From positions 1-52,948 of the forward strand of contig VJWM01000337.1 of assembly GCA_010909165.1 (NCBI GenBank): a stretch of DNA of 52,948 nucleotides, written 5' to 3'. A program made the translations under genes and the position numbers. Under the pieces are notes generated by a model. The model saw nothing but the letters and a program-made list of their open reading frames with translations, did no database searches and was not told the origin of the DNA. Shown piece after piece: positions 32,914 through 46,100 of the stretch (position 1 is the first letter of the stretch; each line of letters begins with the position of its first letter). The stretch is from Anthoceros angustus (Eukaryota > Plantae > Anthocerotophyta).

Positions 32914-33690
32914 TTCCCGATCGCCTCCTTCACAATTTTGCGGGATCTCGGACTCACATGCAAGCATCTCGGCGACCACAAATTCGCGGTCAAATGCGTC
33001 GTGGCGGAGATTTTATCGACAAGGTTTCCTCCCGCTTGCAGCCACAGCTGGTCGACTCCGACCTTATTGGTAAAGCTTCGATTCCATGATCCTCCTATCG
33101 GTTGGGACCCATACCGGATCAATAATTTACGGCTCGCCACATTCGTCTTCCCATCGGGTGAGCTGTTTAGCTCATCTTCCGGCATCGCCGCTACTTCTCG
33201 GTGATGTCGGGAGGAAGCGTGGTTCGTTCCTCCTCTCCTTGACCTGCTTGGCCGCCCCGGGTAGCGCAAGTCTACTTTGGGGGTGGGCCTACTCCCCTCC
33301 TACTACTTGATTCCCGATCGCCTCCTTCACAATTTTGCGGGATCTCGGACTCACCAAACAGCATCTCAGGACCACAAATTCGCGGTCAAATGCGTCGTGG
33401 CGGAGATTTTATCGACAAGGTTTCCTCCCGCTTGCAGCCACAGCTGGTCGACTCCGACCTTATTGGTAAAGCTTCGATTCCATGATCCTCCTATCGGTGG
33501 GACCCATACCGGCGGATCAATAATTTCGGCTCGCCACATTCGTCTTCCCATCGGGTGAGCTGTTTAGCTCATCTTCCAGCATCGCGCTACTTCTCGGGCG
33601 ATGTCGGGAGGAAGCGTGGTTCGTTCCTCCCTCCCTTGCCGCCCCCGGGTAGGCAAGTCTACTTTGGGGGTGGGCTGCTCCCCTCCTCCT
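32914..33690. repeat. ~397-bp tandem duplication between gag and protease
   Basis: TTCCCGATCGCCTCCTTCACAATTTTGCGGG at 32914 and 33311. Confidence 0.92.
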
Positions 33691-34299
33691 CGCGCTTGGG
33701 CGCGCGTCTCGGAGGCCAGGTGAGTCGTCCCTCACCTTCTCCGCTTCCTTTCCTCATTCCGCGTTTTCCGTACCTCGGCCTTTCTCCGCGCGATCGGTGG
33801 TCACCTTGGCCACCATCAATCCTTCATCCGCACTCATCTCTCCTTCATACCCCTCTTCCACGATCCACGATGTCTGCTGGATCCGTCGAGGGAATCATAC
33901 TCGCCTCCACCTTGACCGGTGTTGTCACGGTCGCGGTTTGAGTTGGGCCTTGCCTCCTCTACCACTCAGTTCCGCCGTCTGGTCTGGTGCCACTCGCGCC
34001 ACCCGAGCACACAGGATCCCCATTTTATGTCCTAATTCCTTACACTTGACAAAAGGGTACATAACCCACTTGTTTTCGTGGTTACGGACATTCATTTGAG
34101 TAGTGACGGTGCTCCATTGTAACAACACCCTGTGGAATGCCATCGGCCTCTGCGATGGATCGGTCTCCATGGTCTGGCGATGTCGGTCGCGATCCATACC
34201 TCGAGGGGCGGTGTAGTCGGTTGGTAAGTCGCCCTCATGGATTGAGGTGGCCGACTCGGTGACCGCTTGCACGATAAGCTTCATCCACATACCAATAGT

Positions 34300-35205
34300 C
34301 CCCGGCATGCGGTGTCCACATGGTTTACCGCGTTGGTGCGAATACATTCGGTTGGTGTGTCCGGCTTGATGACAAATTGAGCAATACACCAAGCGCCTTG
34401 CGTGAGGAGATCTTCGTGGAGCTTGATTCTTCCTTTGACCTCTAACTCGGTCAATCTTGGTCAAAGCCTCCACTTGTCCCAATTCCTCCTCCTCCTCCCC
34501 TGCGACGTTTCTCCCTCCTCCATCCAACGGACCGTCTTCCCTTCCTCTCCTTCTCCGGTCGCGTTCCGCTTCTTGCCGTTTGACCTTCTCCGGGTCCTTC
34601 TTTATTCGCCGTTCGTAGGCCTTTTCGATTCCTCATCCGATGTGGAGCTTTCTTGAGTTCGCTATCCTCGCTTCGATGAGGAGGGTGAGCTGGAGGAGGT
34701 GGCGGAAGGCGAGGAGCTAGATCTTCTCGATCCTTTCCTCTTCTTATGACTTCGCCTCTTCTTCTTCTCCTCCCTAACTCGGCGGACTCCCATTCCTCGG
34801 TAAGCGGAGGCCCCCTTAACGTCTTCGTCCCGCGCTGCAGTGTACCTCCATTTTCGAGACAAGCCGCTCACAAACCAATCCAGCTTGCTCTTGTGAGTAC
34901 CAGTGGGTGGATCTCGGCCTCTCGGGTGCACATTTGAACTCGATCCGGATACGTAAAACCTCTCCACATAATCAAACAAAGATTCTCTTCCTGAAGGGTC
35001 CTCAACTTTGCTAAAGTGTGGTGTGCATAGTGAGCCCTCGGAACCGATTCAGAAGCTTTGAGAGCTTCCCAATGGCGCGAATTATAGTGCGACCATACCC
35101 TTTGGCATGCCCTCTCAGATCCGGAAAATCGCGTCGATCGGCGTCTCCATCCTCCAAGTTAGCATGGGAGACATGCTCAAAGTTCTTACAAGCGCCTTGC
35201 GTCAT
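34300..35205 (-). pseudogene. gag: gypsy Gag (Retrotrans_gag-like) with CCHC knuckle, frameshifted
   Basis: LLNRFRG, across frameshifts KLRTL.EE.LFDYVERF, KLDWFVSGL; CSICHQAGHTN at ~34343-34385. Confidence 0.8.
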
Positions 35206-36715
35206 CTCCTTCTTCTTCTCGCGAATTTGGCGTATTCTTGGCGACTATGAAGTTAGGCGGTCCTCCTCCTCCACCAACTCCACTCATGTTGCTCGGTGGT
35301 GTCACGCTGGACCAACACTCCTCTCGCCGGGGTAACGAGGAAACAAATCGGGATCCTTGAGGAGTAGCGACCTCCCTCTAGTTCGTCCCAAAGATCAATC
35401 GACCGGTGATTCGATCGAGTCGTTCCGCCAAATCCTCCGACCAAGCACGAAATTCCCGCTCACGGCGACCTCGTCGCTGTCGGCGGGAGATGAGGTGGTG
35501 TCACCGCTTTGAGAAGCAAAGCGTCGCGGGCGTTCGCGGGCGTTCGCGGCGGTGTGAAGGTAACTCGTGCTCGGAGGCGCGACCCTTCCTAAATCCTTTG
35601 GTCACCGCTTCTCTTCTCGACCTCCTTCCTCTCGGCGGTGATCTCGCCTCTTCCTCCTCCACTTTTTCGCGTTCCGCACCTCCGCCTTGAGTCGGCGACT
35701 CCATCCTCCAAGTTAGCATGGGAGACATGCTCAAAGTTCTTACAAGCGCCTTGCGTCATCTCCTTCTTCTTCTCGCGAATTTGGCGTATTCTTGGCGACT
35801 ATGAAGTTGGCGGTCCTCCTCCACCAACTCCACTCATGTTGCTTCGTTGTTCCGCACCTCCTCTCGGGGTAGCAACTCTCCTTGAGGAAATCTTCTACCA
35901 GGAGTAGCGACCTCCTCTCTCGTCCCAAAGATCAATCGATCGATCGAGTCGTTCCGCCAAATCCTCCGAAACGAAATTCCCGCTCGGCGACCTCGTCGTC
36001 ATCGATTCGGCTGGAAGATGAGGTGGTGTCACGCTTTGAGAAGCAAAGCGTCGGCGTTCGATTTGTGGAAACTCGTGCTCGGAGGCGCGACCCTTCCTAA
36101 ATCCTTTGGTCACCGCTTCTCTTCTCGACCTCCTTCCTCTCGGCGGTGATCTCGCCTCTTCCTCCTCCACTTTTTCGCGTTCCGCACCTCCGCCTTGAGT
36201 CGGCGACTCCATCCTCCAAGTTAGCATGGGAGACATGCTCAAAGTTCTTACAAGCGCCTTAGCGTCATCTCCCTTCTTCTTCTCGCGAATTTGGCGTATT
36301 CTTGGCGACTATGAAGTTGGCGGTCCTCCTCCACCAACTCCACTCATGTTGCTTCGTTGTTCCGCACCTCCTCTCGCCGGGGTAACGAGGAAACAAATCG
36401 GGATCCTTGAGGAAATCTTCTACCAGGAGTAGCGACCTCCTCTCTCGTCCCAAAGATCAATCGATCGATCGAGTCGTTCCGCCAAATCCTCCGAAACGAA
36501 ATTCCCGCTCGGCGACCTCGTCGTCATCGATTCGGCTGGAAGATGAGGTGGTGTCACGCTTTGAGAAGCAAAGCGTCGGCGTTCGATTTGTGGAAACTCG
36601 TGCTCGGAGGCGCGACCCTTCCTAAATCCTTTGGTCACCGCTTCTCTTCTCGACCTCCTTCCTCTCGGCGCCGGTGATCTCGCCTCTTCCTCCTCCACTT
36701 TTTCACGTTCCACCT
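35147..36715. repeat. Three tandem copies of a ~510-550-bp segment in the gag N-terminal region
   Basis: CCATCCTCCAAGTTAGCATGGGAGAC at 35147, 35701, 36209; ORFs 35882-36100 and 36407-36625 are identical. Confidence 0.92.
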
Positions 36716-37087
36716 CGTCGCCGTCAAGGCGACTTCTTCCGTCGCTCGTAACTCTACTTCCTCCGCTGCCCTCGAGTAGCGGCGGTAGCGGTCTCTTCCC
36801 AGGCGATTTCTTAAGGCTCGTAAATCTCTTGCAGTGACAGGCGGTGGTGACCTTCCGCGTGTATCCCCCCTAGATCGACCCCTATCGACATACGCAACCA
36901 TCCTCATGTCCTCCAACCCACGGTGTTAAGAAGGAAGCAAACCACACCTCTAGTGTCTCAACCATTCACCCGATGACAACTAAAGGTGTGAGCTTCTTCC
37001 TCACAACACATGGTCGACCCTCGGTCCCTTCTCAAGCATGCTCAGCCTAGCGATGGAAACCACAAAACTTCAACCTTTCAACAACAA

Positions 37088-37101
37088 ATCCCGCAGCGCC
37101 A
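37088..37101 (-). promoter_or_regulatory. Primer binding site, probably a deleted Athila-type tRNA-Asp PBS
   Basis: LTR-CA, then TTTT, then TGGCGCTGCGGGAT, a subsequence of TGGCGC(C/T)GTTGCCGGGGAT; tRNA identity inferred. Confidence 0.7.
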
Positions 37102-38249
37102 AAAATGTGGTAGGGAGAATCAGGGGCACTCCCAGGTCCTCCCACTATAAGCGGCCACACTTATCGCCGCCGTCGTTGGGTTTCGTCCCATGAGACTTGT
37201 GTGAAAGTTCGAGGCCTTGTGGTCACCAATCGCTTCACTGCAACTCGACCTTCTCAACAAGCAAGGCGCCTCTACTCTCCCTCTCACGGTGCACCACTTG
37301 CCTTGCCCGAAAATCGCCAACCTCGACCCTGGCGACACAAAACAATTGCGGGTCACCTCGGCGGAGCCTACCACGGGCGCCGGGGACCCCAGTTCACACG
37401 CGATTTCGTCCCTACTTCTAAGACCAAACTTGACCTACAACGACACAATTGGTCACCTCGGTGACAAGAGCCTACCACGGGCGCCCGGACCCCAGTTCAC
37501 ACCGCGATTTACTTCTAAGACCTACTCTTCTCCACTCGGGGCGCTCTTTACTTGCAGTTGGGATTCGTCCCTTAGGCTCACTGTGGCCTTCCACTAACAC
37601 CTACACCTCTAATCCTCTACTCATCTTCTCATCTCCTCATCCTCTTCCTCCTAGTCTAACCTCGATTCGGGCTTCTTGGTTTCGACTCGCCCTTACGGCT
37701 GGCACAGGTCGCCTCCACCGGTTCTTCCTTGGGCGGTTGCTATGAGTTTGACACACAGCGAGAACCTCCGAGTCTTTCCTGTAGTCTACCCTCAAGCCGA
37801 GTTCTCTGGGCATTTGCCACACACCCAAAGCAAAGCAATTTCACGGCAACCATTCACAAGGGAGCAACTCGTTTAGGCACTTGCGTGAGCAAGTCCTCCA
37901 CCAACACTCGACCATGACTTCCTCTCTACGGTGTGTTGGCTCACTGACACGAAATTCCTCTGTAATGGCAAAGGACTCGGTGGCGTGGGCGCAAGACATG
38001 ATACTTTACTTTGTGAAATCCTCCTCCTCTTATAGGAGGCCTTCCACATACAACCTCCCTTGGGTGACCCTCTGCGGGTCACCTTTTCCAATATTCTATT
38101 CCTACACGACATTTAATATACGGCACCTAAATCTATTATGCATTTCTTGGTAAATCCTATTCTAGCAACTTCACCTAAGTCTATCCTCGAAGGATGTCGA
38201 TTACATCACCACCTATTCTTCTACCTAGCATTTATGGCCCTTGACCATA

Positions 38250-41200
38250 TCTAGTCTTCACCTATTTGGGGTGGCGTGTCCTGGTGGATTGGCTCCTCGC
38301 CCTCCTTTTGCTCTTGCCCTTCCCGGCCTTTGTCGCTTCCTAATGTGTGGGGCAAGTACAATCTTGCCCTTCCTCCATCTCCAGGCGGCGTCTGGATTCC
38401 TCGGCCCTCCGGCAATCGCTTCCGCCCGCGCACCTAGGCGCCTTCCTCCATCTCTGCCTTGCCCGTCATTTTCGCACCCTACGCGGTAGTCGGCGGACTA
38501 CGGGGTGACCTACCGTGGTGGTACCCCTAACTCTCTTCTTCCTTCTTTCCCTTCCTCGCTCGGTGAGGGTTTCTTGGTCGGGATCTTCATTGCTCTTTGC
38601 CTTGTCGATTTGTCCATACCTATCATAGAGCACCCTTCATCCCCATCGCCCACCATGCGGATTTTACGCCTAATCCTTTTGCGTTGGACTCCTCCTCGGG
38701 TCCGGTTCCTCCCTTACTCGTGGGATAAGGATTCCTCACCCTTCCTTCCTCGGCGGGTCGGACCGTCATAGTTTCTCTCGGTGGGGTTGTCTCTCCCACC
38801 ACCCAGTGCTCCTTTAGGGGGCCCCGGCCTTTCCATCTTGATTTGGGATTCGCGTCCCAACTCCCCAGCTGCCCGTGCCGCGGGCTGCCCTACCGGTAGT
38901 CTGGCGGACTACCGGCGTGTGTGTCCCCAGTGGTCTGGCGGACTACGTGGTGGGGTGGTCACCTACCGGTAGGGTGACCCCCCGAGGCGGGCTGTCCCCT
39001 CCTTGCTCTCGCGCCGTCTCCCGATCCACGTGGTGCTCCCTCGCCCTCCTTTTGCTCTTGCCCTTCCCGGCCTTTGTCGCTTCCTAATGTGTGGGGCAAG
39101 TACAATCTTGCCCTTCCTCCATCTCCAGGCGGCGTCTGGATTCCTCGGCCCTCCGGCAATCGCTTCCGCCCGCGCACCTAGGCGCCTTCCTCCATCTCTG
39201 CCTTGCCCGTCATTTTCGCACCCTACGCGGTAGTCGGCGGACTACGGGGTGACCTACCGTGGTGGTACCCCTAACTCTCTTCTTCCTTCTTTCCACTTCC
39301 TCGCTCGGTGAGGGTTTCTTGGTCGGGATCTTCATTGCTCTTTGCCTTTTCGTCGTTGTCCATACCTATCATAGAGCACCCTTCATCCCCATCGCCCACC
39401 ATGCGGATTTTACGCCTAATCCTTTTGCGTTGGACTCCTCCTCGGGTCCGGTTCCTCCCTTACTCGTGGGATAAGGATTCCTCACCCTTCCTTCCTCGGC
39501 GGGTCGGACCGTCATAGTTTCTCTCGGTGGGGTTGTCTCTCCCACCACCCAGTGCTCCTTTAGGGGGCCCCGGCCTTTCCATCTTGATTGGGCTTCGCGT
39601 CCCAACTCCCCAGCTGCCCGTGCCGCGGGCTGCCCTACCGGTAGTCTGGCGGACTACCGGCGTGTGTGTCCCCAGTGGTCTGGCGGACTACGTGGTGGGG
39701 TGGTCACCTACCGGTAGGGTGACCCCCGAGGCGGGCTGTCCCCTCCTTGCTCTCGCGCCGTCTCCCGATCCACGTGGTGCTCCCTCGCCCTCCTTTTGCT
39801 CTTGCCCTTCCCGGCCTTTGTCGCTTCCTAATGTGTGGGGCAAGTACAATCTTGCCCTTCCTCCATCTCCCGCGGGCGTGGATTCCTCGGCCCTCCGGCA
39901 ATCGCTTCCGCGCACCTGGCGCCCTTCCTCCATCTCCGTCGCCTGTTCGTTTGTCGCACCCTACCGCGGTAGTCGGCGGACTACGGGTAGTGACTACCAT
40001 GGTAGTCGGCCCCTAACTCTCTTCCTTCTTTCCCTTCCTCGCTCGGTGAGGTTTCTTGGTCGGGATCTTCATTGCTCTTTGCCTTGATTTGTCCATACCT
40101 ATCAGCACCCTTCATCCCCATCGCCCACCATGCGGATTTTACGCCTAATCTCTCGGGCCCTTTTGCGTTGGACTCCTCCTCGGGTCCGGTTCCTCCCTTA
40201 CTCGTGGGATAAATTCCTCACCCTCCCTTCCTCGGCCAGGTCGGACCCGTCCTTAGTTTCCTCCGGTGGGGTTGTCTCTCCCACCACCCTCCTCCTTTTG
40301 GGGGTATACTGCTGCCCCGGCTTTCCATCTTGATTGGGCTCGCGTCCCAACTCCCCAACAGCTCTGCGGCTGCCCTACCGGTGATCAGCGGCTGGTGTGG
40401 CTCCCCACGGTAGTCTGGCGGACTACGTGGTGGGGTGGTCACCCTCTGGTAGGTGACCCCCAGGTGGGCTTCCCCTCCTTGCTCTCCGCCGTCTCCCGAT
40501 CACTTCGGTGGCTCCTTCACCTCGACTCCTCAGTTCCTCGAGTCCATTTCGATGGCCTCATCAAAATCGGAGGCCTCTGGCTGCACTTGTTGCGGCTCGT
40601 CATCATCATGAGGACCCAATGTCCTCCTCTTGGCCAAGTAAGACTTCGTTGTTGGCCTTCAAGATCTGTTGTGGAGGTGAGCCCCAAGTTGTGATGCATT
40701 TGGAGATCATCAATCTCCGTGGGCCACTCTCCATCCTCACCTACCTTGTAGGCATCTCTTGCGGTGGTTAATTCTCCCACCTTCACATGGAGGTTACATT
40801 CTCCTCCCTCACTTCCTTTAGGCTGGCCAATTTTGCACGAAGGGCATAATGCCCAAAATCGCCGCTTCCTCACTACGGCATGCACCACCTTCTTGTGGCT
40901 CCTCCTCCACAGACCTCCTTTGTTCCAGTGCTAATTCTTGGCAAGCCCTCCTTCTCGCTTGCCAAGCATTCCTTTCGCTCCGACTCTGGTCTTGTGCTTC
41001 TCGCTCGGCGCTCCTCTTCATTGCTCTTTGCCTTGTCGATTTGTCCATACCTATCATAGAGCACCCTTCATCCCCATCGCCCACCATGCTTTGCCTAATC
41101 TCCGGGCCCTTTTGCGTTGGACTCCTCGGGTCCGGTTCCTCCCTTACTCGTGGGATAAATTCCTCACCCTTCCTTCCTCGGCCAGGTCGGACCCGTCTTA

Positions 41201-43130
41201 GTTTCCTCCGGTGGGGTTGTCTCTCCCACCACCCAGTGCTCCTTTAGGGGGTATACCGGACCTTTTCCATCTTGATTGGGCCCGTCCCAACTCCCAGCTG
41301 CCGTGCCGCGGGCTGCCCCTAGTGATCAGCGGACTACGGCGTGGTATCCCCGCGGTCTGGCGGACTACCGTGGTAGGGTGGTCACCTCGTGGTAGGGTGA
41401 CCCCCGGTGGCTGTCCCTCCTTGCTCTCGCCGTCTCCCGATCCTTTTGGCGTCGCGGTGCTCCTTCACCTCGACTCCTCAGTTCCTCGAGTCCATTTTGA
41501 TGGCCTCATCAAAATCGGAGGCCTCTGGCTGCACTTGTTGCGGCTCCTTCATCATCATGAGGACCCAATGTCCTCCTCTTGGCCAACGTAAGACTTCGTT
41601 GTTGGCCTTCAAGATCTGTTGTGGAGGTGAGCCCCAAGTTGTGATGCATTTGGAGATCATCAATCTCCGTGGGCCACTCTCCATCCTCACACCTACCTTG
41701 TAGGCATCTCTTGAGGTTAATTCTCCCACCTTCACATGGAGGTTACATTCTCCTCCCTCACTTCCTTTGGTGGCTGGCCAATTTTGCACGAAGGGCATAA
41801 TCGCCCAAAATCGCTTCCTCACCACGGCATTCATGCACCACCTTCTTGTGGCGCTCCTCCTCTGAGACCTCCTTTGTTCCAGTCCTTTCTTGGGCAAGCC
41901 CTCCTTCTCCGCTTGCCAAGCATTCCTTTCGCTCCGACTCACGGTCTTGTGCTTCTCGCTCCGCGCTCCTCTTCCAAATTGTCGGGTCCTTCTCAACTCC
42001 TCTCCCATATCCGGATTTTGATAGCTTGAGTAGCCATCACTGCTCATGTGCGGCCACTTCTTTGAGTGCTTGCCTCCTTCCTAGTGCCTCGCCTTGCTTT
42101 TCCTCTCTTGCTCTAATTGGGCAAAATGCTCTTCCGCCTTTTGCCTCCAAGAATCCTTTTGGGTTGTTGCCGAATGGCTCTTTCTTGACTTGTGACAACT
42201 TCCTCGGGGCCTTCTCCGTCGCTGTTCTATGAGGTCGTGTTGGAGCTTCTCCTGACCTTTTCCAATTTGGCTGCCTTTTCATCGGACTCCATGGCTTCCA
42301 ATTGCCATTTGGTCCTGCCTTTCTTCCGGCCATGTCTTGAGATTTCACTTCCTCTTGGCATGCCCACAAGGAGGCTGCTAGGTCCCTAGCCCCTTCAAAT
42401 CCACCTTGAGTGCTTCACAAGCTCCCAGCAATTCTCCTAGGGGTCCTAATTCCACCCCTCTGTCTTCTTGCTGGAAATTTCCAGCTCTCACTGCATCGGG
42501 CCATCGGGTGGCCTTGGTCCCTTCCGTCGCTCCATCCGCTCTCCCACCCGGTAGCGGAGATGGTGGCCTCGGCGCCCTTCCTCCAGCCTCCGCCCCGCGC
42601 GCCCTTCATCGCACCCTACGCGGTAGTCGGCGGACTACGGGGTGACCTACCATGGTGGTATCTCCTCTCTTCCTTCTTCCTTCTCGCTCGGTGAGGTTTC
42701 TTGAGATCTTCATTGCTCTTCCTTCGTTTGGTTTGTCCATACCTATCATGTCTTCATCCCCATTGCATGTTACTAATCTCTCGGGCCCTTTTGCGTTGGA
42801 CTCCTCCTCGGGTCCTCCCTTACTCGTGGGAGAACCTCCTTCTTCCTCGGCCAGGTCGGACCCGTCCTTAGTTTCCTCGGTGGGGTTGTCTCTCCCACCA
42901 CCCCTCCCTTGGGGGTATACTGCCCCGGCTCCTCCTCCTCTTGGCATGCCCACAAGGAGGCTGCTCCCCCCCGCGTGGGCTGCCCTACCGGTAGTCTGGC
43001 GGACTCGTGGCGTGGGGTGCCTACCTACCATGGTAGTCGGCGGACTACGTGGTAGGGTGGTCACCCCTCGGTAGGGGACCCCCAGGTGTCCCCCTCCTTG
43101 CTCTCCGCCACCTCTCCCTTTCCTCACCGA
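38250..43130. repeat. GC-rich ~750-790-bp LTR sub-repeats (full copies at ~38259, 39043, 39787; partial at ~41020, ~42600)
   Basis: GCCCTCCTTTTGCTCTTGCCCTTCCCGG anchors; equivalent copies at ~21974 and ~22770 in the 3' LTR. Confidence 0.88.
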
Positions 43131-46100
43131 CTCCTCAGTTCCTCGGAGTCCATTTCATATGGCCTCATCAAAATCGGAGGCCTGGCTGCACTTGTTGCGG
43201 CTCCTTCATCATCATGAGGACCCAATGTCCTCCTCTTGGCCAACGTAAGACTTCGTTGTTGGCCTTCAAGATCTATTGTGGAGGTGAGCCCCAAGTTGAT
43301 ATTGCATTTGGAGATCATCAATCTCGTGGGCCACTCTCCATCCTCACACCTACCTTGTAGGCATCTCTTGCGGTGGTTAATTCTCCCACCTTCACATGGA
43401 GGTTACATTCTCCTCCCTCACTTCCTTTGGTGGCCAATTTTGCACGAAGGGCATAATCGCCCAAAACCTTTCCTCACCACGGCATTCTATACCACCTTCT
43501 TGTGGCTCCTCCTCTGAGACCTCCTTTGTTCCAAGTCTTGTGCAAGCCCCTCTCCTCTCCGCTTGCCAAGCATTCCTTTCGCTCCGACTCTGGTCTTGTG
43601 CTTCTCCTTCCTCGGCGCTCCTCTTCCAAATTGTCGGGTCCTTCTCAACTCCTCTCCCATGTCCGGATTTTGATGGCTTGAGTAGCCATCACTGCTCATG
43701 TGCGGCCACTTCTTTGAGTGCTTGCCTCTCCTAGTGCCTCGCCTTGCTTTTCCTCTCTTGCTCTAATTGGGCAAAATGCTCTTCCGCCTTTTGCCTCCAA
43801 GAATCCTTTTGGGTTGTTGCCGAATGGCTCTTTCTTGACTTGTGACAACTTCCTCGGGGCCTTCTCCCGTCGCTGTTCTATGAGGTCGTGTTGGAGCTCT
43901 CTCCTGACCTTTTCCAATTTGGCTGCCTTTTCATCGGACTCCATGGCTTCCAATTGCCATTTGGTCCTGCCTTTCTTCCGGCCATGTCTTGAGATTTCAC
44001 TTCCTCTTGGCATGCCCACAAGGAGGCTGCTAGGTCCCTAGCCCCCTTCAAATCCACACGGCTGAGTGCTTCACAAGCACCCAGCAATTCTCCTAGGGGT
44101 CCTAATTCCACCCCTCCTGTCTTCTTGCTGGAAATTTCCAGCTCTCACTGCATCGGGCCATCGGGTGGCCTTGGTCCCTTCCGTCGCTCCATCCGCTCTC
44201 CCACCCGGTAGCGGAGATGGTGGCCTCGGCGCCGCTCGCGGCGCCTCGCGCTGCCTCTCCTTCCCCTTCCTGCCGCGTGCTTTTTGGCGGCGTGGGGTGC
44301 TCTGTGGTGGCTGCTCTAGTCGCCTACCTACCATGGTGGCGGCCCCGCCTGATAGTGCCCACCCCGTGGGCGCCTCCCCTAGGGGTCAGCCGGGTGCCTC
44401 TCTTGTAGGCACAAGGAGATGGTGGGGACTCCCCACTCTGCATCACCCCTCCTGGTCCTTCTCTCATAGACCACCATTCGGCCCTCGGCCTTCTTGCCTC
44501 TCCCTTGCTTGCTCACAGGGAAGAGATTCCCACTCAACCTTGTTGCCTCATCTTCTCCTCTTGCTTCTAGCATGCTTGTGGAGTCGACCTCCCACCGTCT
44601 TCGCAATGCAAAGGGTAAAGGCCTTTCCAACCTCGGTGGAGGTGGATGACCTCAAAGGGATGCCATGCATCTTCAAGCTCCTTGCTTGTGAGAAGTCCCT
44701 CGGTTTCCCATAAATGCACCAAATAGGTGCTAAGGTAGCATCCTTCCTCATCCACGAATTTGGCTTGAGGAGCTTCTCCGGTGGTGGATGTAGGCCTCAT
44801 ACATGTCCCCAATCGGCTTGGCTCCCATGGAAATCTTCCACAAAATTGGAGGAAGTTGGTCTTTGAAATAAAGTGCGTTGGTAATTTACCAACCCGGCAC
44901 AATCTTTGCGAAGAGCCTCCACTTGACTCCTTGATGCTCTCGGTCTTCCGACCATTCTTGGCGTGGGCTTTCCTCCATCCATCATGTCAAGGAACTCTGC
45001 GGGATGTCGGAGGATGTCCTCTTCCCTCCATTGGACCTTTCGAGAGAGCAATTCGAGCTCTCCTCCGGTCTTCCATACACACAGCCGAATACTTCCACGG
45101 TCCAGCGGGGATCCGTTCTAGCATTCCCCCGGTGCGCGGCGGCGATTGATGGAGGTTGATGTAACACTCCTCAATCAATTCCAAATTGGTGTAGGCCCAT
45201 TGGCGGCCATACACCCATCCTAGTGGATGTTCTCCTCCTCGCTGCGAAATCAACCAAATCTCGGGGTTGAGCTGCCCGCAAAGCAAGTGAATTGGGGCAT
45301 CACCCCTCCTGTGGTCCTTCCTCTTCCCCTTCCCCTTCTAAGAGCCTTTGCTGGCGGCTCCTTCCCTTGCCTTTTCCTCGAGGCATGGCGGCGTCTTCCT
45401 TTCAAGTGTTTGAGGAATTCTCCCAATTTGAGGTTGCTTCTCCTTCCCCTTCCCTTGCCTTTTCCTTCCTTGCCTTTTCCTTCCTCTTGCTTCTAGCATG
45501 CTTGTGGAGTCGACCTCCCACCGTCTTCCTTCCTTTTCCTTCCTTGCCTTTTCCTTCCTTGCCTTTTCCTTCCTCTCCCTTGCTCGTGGCGATGGCGGCT
45601 CCTTCCCCTTCGCTGGCTCGCGTTTTCCTTCCACCTCTCCTTCCTTCCTTGCCTTTTCCTTCCTCTCGATGGCGCGCCGCGCCGCCTCCCACCGTCTTCC
45701 TTCCTTGCTCGTGGCGATGGCGGCTCCTTCTCGCTGGCGGCTCCTTCCTTTTTGCGTTTACGCTCCAGCTCCGGCTTGACTCTTGTTCTTCGAAGTGGAA
45801 GCGCAAAGCGCCACCTTGGATGTGCCACACACCCTTGGATTCATCATTCCAAAATCCTAATTCTATCTAAACTACCTATTTTCCTATCTCGCTATCCTAA
45901 TTAACGCTTCTAATTACTCTATATATTTATTCCCTATTGGTGAGCATATATAGTGGATATCCCCCTCTATTCTAAATTTCCTTTTAGCGAGATTGTCGGT
46001 CTACCAGTGACGCGGCTTACATGATACGCTTCCCCTTCTCGACTACGGCGTGGTGTGGACCTCGGTGGAGGTGGATGACCTCAAAGGGATGCCATGCATC

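Noticed and set aside
37085-37105. tRNA gene fragment (CAAATCCC...GCCA)
   Set aside because: Only the 3' end complement adjacent to an LTR, which is a PBS; no cloverleaf (same for 4650-4662)
39520-39620. G-quadruplex candidates in GC-rich LTR sub-repeats
   Set aside because: G-runs are mostly too few or too far apart for a canonical four-tract motif by eye; not supportable without computation
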